Assembly: GCA_947259295.1 (NCBI GenBank)
Contig: CAMYMG010000020.1
Coordinates: 5,193-69,192, forward strand
DNA from: an uncultured Rhizobiaceae bacterium
GTDB taxonomy: Bacteria; Pseudomonadota; Alphaproteobacteria; Rhizobiales; Rhizobiaceae
Direction: 5' to 3'
Length of the DNA stretch: 64,000 nucleotides
Shown: piece after piece, positions 52,986 to 61,801 of the stretch
How positions within the stretch are numbered: the stretch's first letter is position 1
How the letters are laid out: the number at the start of each line of letters is the position of its first letter
Made by a program: the position numbers and the translations under genes
Notes under the pieces: generated by a model
Seen by the model: the letters and a program-made list of their open reading frames with translations, nothing else
The model's database searches: none
What the model was told of the DNA's origin: nothing

Positions 52986-54071
52986 TCAGAAGTAGATTTT
53001 CACCCTTGGATGCCGGGTGAGAGAGTGCGGCCTGTAGCTTGGCTGGTAGCGGTCGAAGCGGTCCTCGATCCGTGCACAGAGCACGTCCTTGTCGACCGCC
53101 TCGCCGCGCACCTTGCGCATCGCCGGCAGCCAAAGCCTACCGAAGCCACTGCGTTCGTTGTGCGCCTGGCCGAGCACATTGTCGCGCACACTGACGGTGA
53201 GCGGAATGTGCAGCCTGGCGACATTGCGAAGCCGGTCGAGCATCCAGTCGAGCGTCAGGTCGGCCAGCCGCCAGTCGTCCTCGTAACCGCCGCCGATGTC
53301 GGAGTGGACGCCGGGAAACCACACCTGCTCGATAATTTGCCCTTCGGCACTTGCGTCCTCCCACAGTTCGGGCAGAAAGGCTTTGCGGTTCTCGTCGATC
53401 GAAAGCGCATGCAACCCGACCGGGACCCGCCCCGACAATTCATTGTCGTGGAACTCGTGCTTCCATGGATTGACCAGATTGGCGACGCCGGGCAGCCCGA
53501 GCGACTTGACCGTGTCGAAGACGCCGATCACGTCGGGCATCGCCGGCTGTGCCTGATATGTCCGCGCGAAGCCGCTGCCGGCGGCTTTCCGTTCCCTGTC
53601 GTCCTTGATCTTGTAGGCTGCCACCGCCTCTTCGGCGATGGCGCGCCGCCGCTTCGCACCCGCGCCCTCAACGTCCCTGGATATCGGCGAGCCCTTGTCC
53701 ATGGTGGCGATGCCGCAGGTTCCCAGCACGCCGCCGAGACAGCGCACGGTGTAGGCGCCGCGGCTGAAACCGAACAGGCCGATCTTCTTGCCGCGCGCCC
53801 ATCTCAGCATCAGCGCCTCGTAGCAATCGGCGATATTGGCGGAGATGCCCCAACCGGTCGCCTTGGACCACAGGTTTCGCGCACTGCGTGTCCAGCTGTT
53901 GCTGCCCTCGTCGGGTGCCCCGAGGCCGGGGTCGTAGAAGGCGTCGAGATAGATCTTGCCTTCGGAAGCGGCAAACATCTGGAAGATGTTGGTGTTGCGG
54001 ACCGTGGCATCCTCGCGCACGCCGCGCTGTCCCGTTCCATCGGAGAAGATCAGGCACCAGTGGTCTGGCAT
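52986..54071 (-). CDS. DUF2235 / Tle1-like alpha/beta-hydrolase domain protein
   Basis: 361 aa from the ATG at 54069-54071 (GGGAGG 5 nt upstream). N-terminal FSDGTGQ, nucleophile elbow GFSRGA (GxSxG) and FPGVHSDIGGGY, typical of the family. No signal peptide. Confidence 0.8.
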   Translation of the reverse strand: MPDHWCLIFSDGTGQRGVREDATVRNTNIFQMFAASEGKIYLDAFYDPGLGAPDEGSNSWTRSARNLWSKATGWGISANIADCYEALMLRWARGKKIGLFGFSRGAYTVRCLGGVLGTCGIATMDKGSPISRDVEGAGAKRRRAIAEEAVAAYKIKDDRERKAAGSGFARTYQAQPAMPDVIGVFDTVKSLGLPGVANLVNPWKHEFHDNELSGRVPVGLHALSIDENRKAFLPELWEDASAEGQIIEQVWFPGVHSDIGGGYEDDWRLADLTLDWMLDRLRNVARLHIPLTVSVRDNVLGQAHNERSGFGRLWLPAMRKVRGEAVDKDVLCARIEDRFDRYQPSYRPHSLTRHPRVKIYF

Positions 54072-54225
54072 GGCCGCCTCCCGCAACCGCCCTGCGATGC
54101 CGACCCTGGAGACGCACGAGTGCAGGCTCCCTCGCGGTGTCAGTATCGCCGACGACAGTTACACGTTTCGCGCAACAGGAAATTGCAGACCAAAGAAACG
54201 CCGGCTGGATACCGCCGCGCTTTAT

Positions 54226-54498
54226 TCAATGTAGCACGAACTGACCCTCGACGTTACGCCATTCGTTCGGCGCGATCATCTTCTGATGTGTATATTGTAT
54301 CGAGTGCAGCGGACCCTCGAGCTTTGACTTCCAGAAATCGAGGAACTTGATCAACACGGGAAACCGCGGAGCGATGTCGTAGTCTTGCCAGACATAGGTT
54401 TGCAGCACGTGGGGATGGTCGGGCAGATGATAGAGAATCTGGGCCGTGGTCAGCCCGTAACCTTTGAGCATAAGCTCCATTTCGGGTTGGTTGCGCAT
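54226..54498 (-). CDS. Usg-family protein
   Basis: 90 aa from the ATG at 54496-54498 (GAAGGA upstream). L.GYGLTTA.ILY..PD.P..LQ.Y.WQ..D..P.FP.L..FL.FW matches my recollection of Usg-like proteins. Confidence 0.7.
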   Translation of the reverse strand: MRNQPEMELMLKGYGLTTAQILYHLPDHPHVLQTYVWQDYDIAPRFPVLIKFLDFWKSKLEGPLHSIQYTHQKMIAPNEWRNVEGQFVLH

Positions 54499-54804
54499 GG
54501 CGGTCCTTCGAGGCATTGACGATTCCTCCCAACCGTGGATTGTGCGCGGCGTTCCTTAATCGTCTATTGAAATTTTCGTGATCGACAGGCGTTTTACGTC
54601 ACGAAATCAGAGGCTTGGCAGCACTCGACCCGGAGTGCTATCGTTCCGGCAGCCGCGTCGTCTGCGGCAACCCGCCACGCCGTCCAACGTCTAATGTTGC
54701 TGTCTGGACGCAACTGATAATAATGGATCGGAACTCGCCTGCCCTGGCAGGGCGACATCGGCGGTGCATCAAGCCGCCGGATTGATTTGGGAGGAAAGCA
54801 GAGC

Positions 54805-56760
<1,956 letters not shown>

Positions 56761-56765
56761 CCGGC

Positions 56766-58031
56766 TTAGGCGTCCCGGTAAAGGTCGGCACGGGTCGGCG
56801 GCAGGCCCGTCGCCCCGCGGCCGCGCCGCGTCGCGACGGTCTGGAAGATCTGGATGGCGCCGCGCTCGAAGCCGATCGAGCAGCCCGTGAGGTAGAGGAG
56901 CCAGAGCCGCGCCCGGTCCTCGCCGACCTCGCCGATGGCTTCGTCGAACCGCGCCTGCAGCCGCTCCGCCCAGAGCCGGCAGGTCCGCGCATAGTGAAGC
57001 CGCAGGTTCTCGACGTCCTGGACTTCGAAACGGTGCAGTTCGAGGTTCGACACGGTCATCCCGATATGGTCGACCTCGCCGCCGGGAAAGATATATTTAC
57101 GCAACGCCCTGGACTGCGGATTCTCGCGCCTTTTGCCCGGCTTGAAACGCCGCGTAATGGCATGGTGCAGGTAAATGCCGTCCGGCTTGAGCAGCCGGTG
57201 GATCGTCTTGAAATAGGTCGCGTGGTTGGCAAGCCCCGTGTGCTCGAACATGCCGATCGACGAGATCTTGTCGAAGCTGCCTTCCAGGTCGGTATAGGAT
57301 TTGATCTCGATGGTGATGCGGTCTTCCAGCCCAGCATCACGGATGCGTTCGCGGGCCAGTTCGGTCTGAGCCTCCGACAGCGAGACGCCGTGGCCGACGA
57401 CTCCATGATGCTTAGCGGCGTGGATCAGCATCGCGCCCCAGCCGCAGCCGATGTCGAGCAGCCGGTCGCCGGGCTTGAGCCGCAGCTTGCGGCAGATATG
57501 CTCCAGCTTGTCCGCCTGGGCCTGGTCGATGTCGTTGGCGAAATCCTTGAAGTAGCCGCAGCTATAGACCATGCGGCTGTCGAGGAAGAGGCGGTAGAAG
57601 GCATTGGAAATGTCGTAGTGGTGCTGGATCGCGCGCTTGTCGGAGCCGCTGGCGAAAGGGTCTTGGCCGACCAGCGACGCGTCGCCCGCCTTGGCGCTGC
57701 CGGAAAACAGCAGCCCGGGCACGTCGCGCAACAGCTGCAGTTTGGGAAGCGCGCGCAACCGCGCCTTGAGACTTCCCTCCGGCCTCAGCGCGACGATGTC
57801 GAACAGCGTGCCATCCTCCACGTCGACGGCTTTCGATGTCCACAGCTTGAGCAGCGTATCGAATGTCGGACGCCTAACGATCCGCCGCACCGCCTGGCTG
57901 TCGGCGATCCTGAGGACCGGTCCCGTCTCCGGCCCGAGCCGCTCGCCGGTCCACAATTCCACCGCAAAACGCGGCTGCAGGGCGCCGACGATGGTTCGAA
58001 CGATCCTTGCGGCCCTTTGCGAACTGTCCAA
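56766..58031 (-). CDS. cfa: cyclopropane-fatty-acyl-phospholipid synthase family methyltransferase
   Basis: 421 aa (HYDISNAFY, SCGYF, LLDIGCGWG SAM motif). TTG start lies 5 nt after AAGGAG. Convergent with acs, with a 5-nt gap. Confidence 0.88.
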   Translation of the reverse strand: MDSSQRAARIVRTIVGALQPRFAVELWTGERLGPETGPVLRIADSQAVRRIVRRPTFDTLLKLWTSKAVDVEDGTLFDIVALRPEGSLKARLRALPKLQLLRDVPGLLFSGSAKAGDASLVGQDPFASGSDKRAIQHHYDISNAFYRLFLDSRMVYSCGYFKDFANDIDQAQADKLEHICRKLRLKPGDRLLDIGCGWGAMLIHAAKHHGVVGHGVSLSEAQTELARERIRDAGLEDRITIEIKSYTDLEGSFDKISSIGMFEHTGLANHATYFKTIHRLLKPDGIYLHHAITRRFKPGKRRENPQSRALRKYIFPGGEVDHIGMTVSNLELHRFEVQDVENLRLHYARTCRLWAERLQARFDEAIGEVGEDRARLWLLYLTGCSIGFERGAIQIFQTVATRRGRGATGLPPTRADLYRDA

Positions 58032-58240
58032 ACCCGCTCCTTGGCTGCTGCGCCAGCGTGGAAATCGACGACCACTCTGGCGTCAAACGCTGGCAGCGGC
58101 AATACCACGACGACTGCTGCGAGCGGCCATCTCAGGCGCCAGACAAAGGATGGCAGGGCGTGTGACTTTTTGGCACTTGAACATCTGAGCGAAACGTCCC
58201 AACTTTGCATTGTCTTCAACAACTGAAAGGAGGTGATCCG

Positions 58241-58312
58241 ATGTCGAGTGATTTCGTTTTCCAGAACGTGGCCTCTGCGGATTGCACTTTCGGGGAGCAG
58301 TCTTCCCGTTAA
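58241..58312 (+). CDS. candidate 23-codon small ORF (MSSDFVFQNVASADCTFGEQSSR)
   Basis: The ATG lies 7 nt after GGAGG, inside GAAAGGAGGTGATCC (58225..58239), a 15-nt complement of the conserved 16S rRNA 3' tail. A structured tail and a terminator follow. No homolog is known to me, and coding status is unproven. Confidence 0.3.
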   Translation: MSSDFVFQNVASADCTFGEQSSR

Positions 58313-58377
58313 GGCGCGAAAAGCGCGGCTTGTGACCTCGGTCACGGCCAAGGGCCGCGCCACGGACGGAAACACGG

Positions 58378-58418
58378 AAGGCCGCCTGCTTCGCAAGAAG
58401 CGGCGGCCTTTTCCTTTT
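58378..58418. terminator. strong (bidirectional) intrinsic terminator
   Basis: AAGGCCGCC-t-GCTTC-GCAA-GAAGC-GGCGGCCTT forms a 14-bp stem with a GNRA loop. It is followed by TTTTCCTTTT on the + strand. It lies 10 nt past the stop of the minus-strand TadG-like gene. Confidence 0.75.
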
Positions 58419-58428
58419 GCACCAGCTT

Positions 58429-59748
58429 CTACTTGGTGAGCGCGAGGCGCTCGATGTTGCGGGCAATCTCCAGGAAGGCCTGGTTCAGTTCGGCGCCCGA
58501 TGAGGTCTCGTAATAGTGCTTGATCGAGGAGACGTCCTTCGTGGCGCAGTTCTTCATCACGCCCTTGGCACTGGCCTCCTTGAGCTGGAATCCGACGGAA
58601 AATATCTCGATGCCCTCCTTGCGCATGGCGTCGCAAAGCCTCTCGGCATTGCTGCGCGATAGCGACGCCTGATCCCTGGTCTCGCCCTTCTTCCCCACGC
58701 CCGCGAAGGCCGTGTTGAATTCGCCGTCGGTCATCAGGATCGCATATTTCGCGACCTTCTTTTCGTCATGGACCTCGGGCTGGGCCGACTTGGGCAGGAC
58801 GTCCTTCCACTTGTTGGAAAGCATATACCAGGTCCACTGAATCCCGGTGTGACCGCCGGTGAACCCGTCCGCCTTGAACGTGTCGACCGTCTTGCGCAGC
58901 GCGTTGAGGTCGGCAGAAAGCGGCTTCAATTCGGCCGTGGGGCAGAATTCAAGCCGGTAGTCGCGGTTGACCATGGCCGTATAGGGGCTCGCATCGGTGA
59001 ACTGCTGCGTCCCCTTGCGCTCGGTCGCGCATTTGTCGGGCGCTGTATAGGCCGATGCGCTTATCGGGGCATCAAGCTTTGGCGGTTCCGTCGTCGTGAA
59101 GGTTTTCTCGGCGTAGACGACATTGTTCAACGAGCCGGTGTTGACCGCGTCCGCATAGGGAACGATGGCGACGCGTACGCGCGGCTTGGTCGCATCCTGC
59201 CCCAGCAGAAAAGCGTCGAGCGCATTCTTCGCCGCCGTCTTGAGATCCTTGATCTTCTGCCCGCCCATCGAGCCGGTCACGTCGAGCATCATCGCGACTT
59301 CGATCTTCTTGCCGGAATAGACGGCGGCCGAAGTCTTGGAAACCCGGCGTTCGTCCGAAAGGCCGAACAGGGGGAAATAGATGTCGACATCGACATGCGC
59401 CGTGGCCTCGACGGTGCTGTTCGCCTTGTCGATGACCAGCGTGTCGAGCACCAGCCGGTCGCCAGCGATCATGTCGCCGTCCGTGTTGACCCCGAGAAAC
59501 AGTTCGACGCGGTCGCGCGCGTCCTTCGCCGCGATTTTGCCGGTGGTGATGTCGCGTGCCGTCGACGTCACCGCCGCGTCTAGGGCCTGGCCGAGGTTCG
59601 ATTTCACATTGTGCAGCTGGGCGATATTGACGGCGAAACCGGCCGCGAGCGCCAGCGCAGTCATCGTAGCCCCCATGATGATGGCAAAGCTGCCCCGTTC
59701 GTTGTCGAGAAACGCCCGAACTTTTCTGGTACCCGAGGAAATCCGCAT
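58429..59748 (-). CDS. TadE/TadG-like N-terminal domain plus von Willebrand factor A domain protein
   Basis: 439 aa from the ATG at 59746-59748 (GGAGG upstream). N-terminal pseudopilin-like segment ERGSFAIIMGATMTALALAAGFAV. vWA MIDAS residues DVTGSM ... LMTDGEFN. Confidence 0.85.
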   Translation of the reverse strand: MRISSGTRKVRAFLDNERGSFAIIMGATMTALALAAGFAVNIAQLHNVKSNLGQALDAAVTSTARDITTGKIAAKDARDRVELFLGVNTDGDMIAGDRLVLDTLVIDKANSTVEATAHVDVDIYFPLFGLSDERRVSKTSAAVYSGKKIEVAMMLDVTGSMGGQKIKDLKTAAKNALDAFLLGQDATKPRVRVAIVPYADAVNTGSLNNVVYAEKTFTTTEPPKLDAPISASAYTAPDKCATERKGTQQFTDASPYTAMVNRDYRLEFCPTAELKPLSADLNALRKTVDTFKADGFTGGHTGIQWTWYMLSNKWKDVLPKSAQPEVHDEKKVAKYAILMTDGEFNTAFAGVGKKGETRDQASLSRSNAERLCDAMRKEGIEIFSVGFQLKEASAKGVMKNCATKDVSSIKHYYETSSGAELNQAFLEIARNIERLALTK

Positions 59749-59885
59749 TTTCCTGCCTCCATGCAATCGGCCGCCGCGACCGTTGCGGGAGAGATTGCAG
59801 GAAGCTGGCCAAGCAGCTGCGGGTGCGACCCGACTGACGTGCGGATTCGTTAACCTGTTGATTTCCCGAGCGTTTGCCTCAAAAC

Positions 59886-59904
59886 ATGGTTAACCATCGG
59901 TAAA
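59886..59904 (-). promoter_or_regulatory. CtrA-like box (minus strand TTTA-N7-TTAAC, containing palindrome ATGGTTAACCAT with TTAACCAT on both strands)
   Basis: Read directly, about 140-155 nt upstream of the TadG-like start. One mismatch to TTAA-N7-TTAAC. Confidence 0.35.
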
Positions 59905-59978
59905 TGGATCGCCATTGTCAGCCAGTTCGCAAGAATTTGTTAACCGCGCCGGGTAACCTCTCGCCGCGCGCCCACGAA

Positions 59979-59997
59979 GCGTCCCGGGTCGGGACGC
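59979..59997 (-). terminator. hairpin after the SNase-like gene
   Basis: GCGTCCCG-ggt-CGGGACGC (+ strand; loop acc on the minus strand) forms an 8-bp stem about 25 nt past the stop. The U-tract is weak (TTCGTGGG). Confidence 0.4.
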
Positions 59998-60019
59998 GTG
60001 GCTGTCCCGAAGCGGGTCA

Positions 60020-60460
60020 TCAGCACCAGGCCTGCCGGCGTCCGCCGCCATAGGCGCGCGCCATATGCCGGTCGATCATCAGCGGTCCGACCTGGATGCC
60101 ATCGGCGTTTGCGACATCGGCCAAGACCCGACCGTAATATTTGGCCCCGGCAATATTGGAGATCGCGACCACCTTGCTTCCGAGCAGCATCTCGAGTTCG
60201 TCCCGGGCACGCACGGCTGCGGCCCGCTCGGCCTCGCAGCGGGTCTTCATCTCGGGCGCGTCGATGCCTCGAATCCGAACGCTGACGCGCACCGTCTGCC
60301 CCGGCCAGACCGCGGCATCCGCAACGAAGGTGTCGCCGTCGATGACCTTCACGATGGTCGCCTCGACCGGACCGCGGAACGCCTTCGCCGCTCCCGCCGG
60401 CTGGCAGGTGTCGATCAACATGAGGATGATGCCGGACAAGCCGAAAAGCCAAATGCGCAT
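60020..60460 (-). CDS. secreted thermonuclease (staphylococcal nuclease, SNase-like) family protein
   Basis: 146 aa with signal-like N-terminus MRIWLFGLSGIILMLI and the SNase core VIDGDTF...RIRGIDAPE... Confidence 0.85.
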   Translation of the reverse strand: MRIWLFGLSGIILMLIDTCQPAGAAKAFRGPVEATIVKVIDGDTFVADAAVWPGQTVRVSVRIRGIDAPEMKTRCEAERAAAVRARDELEMLLGSKVVAISNIAGAKYYGRVLADVANADGIQVGPLMIDRHMARAYGGGRRQAWC

Positions 60461-60492
60461 GAGAGGAATTTATTCCTGTCATGCGCATTTGG
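60449..60492. repeat. 44-nt near-perfect palindrome spanning the SNase start codon
   Basis: CCAAATGCGCATGAGAGGAAT-tt-ATTCCTGTCATGCGCATTTGG has 21-nt arms with one mismatch and a 2-nt centre. One further G-C pair can form at 60448/60493. Confidence 0.95.
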
Positions 60493-60510
60493 CAATAAGG
60501 ATGTAGGCGT

Positions 60511-61380
60511 CTAGGCGAGCATATGCGCGCCGACTGTCCGATCCACTGCGTGATAGGGCGGCTTCGCCGGATGGCTTTCCTGCTCGTAAGTCCAGACCTT
60601 GAACAGGCTGAGCCTGTGCGGCCCGAAACTGTGCAGCAGCGGCACGTCGGTCGCATCGCGCCCCCGCGCCACGACCACGCGTCCCATCCGCGGCACATTG
60701 TGACGGGCATCGAACGTGTACCACTTGCCGTCGAGAAAAGCCTCGAACCAGGCCGAGAAGTCCATCGGTGCGGGATCTTCCGGCACGCCGATGTCGCCGA
60801 GATAGCCGTTGACGTAGCGCGCCGGTATGTTGAGGCAGCGGCACAGCGCGATGGCCAGATGCGCGAAGTCACGACACACGCCGACCTGCTCGTCATTCGC
60901 CTGCGCGGCGGTGCGCGTCGAGCGCGCATAGCCATAGCCGAAAGACAGCCGATTGTGCACATAGTCGGTAACGGCCTGGACGCGAGACCAGCCGGGGGTG
61001 ACATTGCCGAACAGGTTCCAGGCCAGGCTGCTCAGATGGTCGGTTTCGCAGTAGCGGCTGCCGAGCAGGTAGCCGAGCACGTCGTCAGGTAGTTCCTGCA
61101 CCGGAACCTCGCGCGCCTGCGGGTTTACCTCGTCGAGCTCGCCGGAATCCTCCACCACCGCATCGTAAAGAATGCGAAAGCTGCCGGCCGGAGCGTAGAA
61201 GCGCCGGCAATTGTTGCCGTAGCGGTCGCGGTAGGTGGATGAAGGAACGTTTGGAGAGGTGATGACCCGGGTCTGGCGCTTGATGTCGGCCTGACGATCT
61301 TCGTGAATTTCCAGGAGGGAAATGATGGGGGTTGGCTGCTGGCACTCGATGGCTATCTCGTAGCCGAGCCGGATGAGCAT
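60511..61380 (-). CDS. transglutaminase-like superfamily protein (Bact_transglu_N plus transglutaminase core)
   Basis: 289 aa from the ATG at 61378-61380 (GAGGA upstream). Cys motif GVCRDFAHL, and ARYVNGYL. The expected HAW.E reads SAWFE. Confidence 0.85.
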   Translation of the reverse strand: MLIRLGYEIAIECQQPTPIISLLEIHEDRQADIKRQTRVITSPNVPSSTYRDRYGNNCRRFYAPAGSFRILYDAVVEDSGELDEVNPQAREVPVQELPDDVLGYLLGSRYCETDHLSSLAWNLFGNVTPGWSRVQAVTDYVHNRLSFGYGYARSTRTAAQANDEQVGVCRDFAHLAIALCRCLNIPARYVNGYLGDIGVPEDPAPMDFSAWFEAFLDGKWYTFDARHNVPRMGRVVVARGRDATDVPLLHSFGPHRLSLFKVWTYEQESHPAKPPYHAVDRTVGAHMLA

Positions 61381-61493
61381 CGCGTCAGTCCTCGTGTCCA
61401 AGGGCGTTTCAGAAAATGTTAAGCCGAAAACGCACGAGGGTGCGGCTGGTTCCGCCAGATGACGTGTCGCAGCGGTACCCTGACCAGCAGCGA

Positions 61494-61700
61494 TTAGAAG
61501 TCGGTGGCGAGGCCTTTTACCTCCCAGTCGCCATAGCGCACGGGTTCGGTTCCGCTGCGGCCTCCGACCTCCTTTGGCATCGCAGCCACCTTGTCCGCAT
61601 AGGCCTTGCGCCGCGCATCGGCTTCAGCCAGCGCCCGCTTCGCAGCGGGCGTCGGCTCTTTCTTCACCGCGTCGGGCACCAGGGGTTTGGTTTCGTCCAT
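61494..61700 (-). CDS. DUF1674 (SDHAF4-like) protein
   Basis: 68 aa with the C-terminal signature [23 protein letters not shown]. Confidence 0.8.
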   Translation of the reverse strand: MDETKPLVPDAVKKEPTPAAKRALAEADARRKAYADKVAAMPKEVGGRSGTEPVRYGDWEVKGLATDF

Positions 61701-61727
61701 GTCTGTTCCGGCACGTGCCGGTCCTCA

Positions 61728-61757
61728 TTGAAAATCAGCTTCGCGTTGCCCATCATA
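61728..61757 (+). promoter_or_regulatory. sigma-32 (RpoH)-like promoter upstream of htpX
   Basis: TTGAA-N15-GCCCATCAT resembles the enteric sigma-32 consensus CTTGAA-N13-15-CCCCATNT. The -10 lies about 45 nt before the htpX ATG. Confidence 0.4.
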
Positions 61758-61801
61758 TAGTCGTGTGCCAGCCGGGTTCGAGCCCGATTTTCTGGCCTGC
61801 G

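Noticed and set aside
58225-58239. Idea that the 15-nt anti-SD complement is a relic of an antisense 16S rRNA gene end
   Set aside because: On the minus strand the bases preceding GGATCACCTCCTTTC are TCGACATC, not the conserved ...CTGCGGCT of the 16S 3' region. No other rRNA-like sequence flanks it.
58233-58439. 68-aa plus-strand ORF (MIRCRVISF...)
   Set aside because: Its GTG start lies inside the SD-like 15-mer. It reads straight through three hairpins and the terminator and is Arg/Lys-rich. The 23-codon frame with proper SD spacing is the better candidate.
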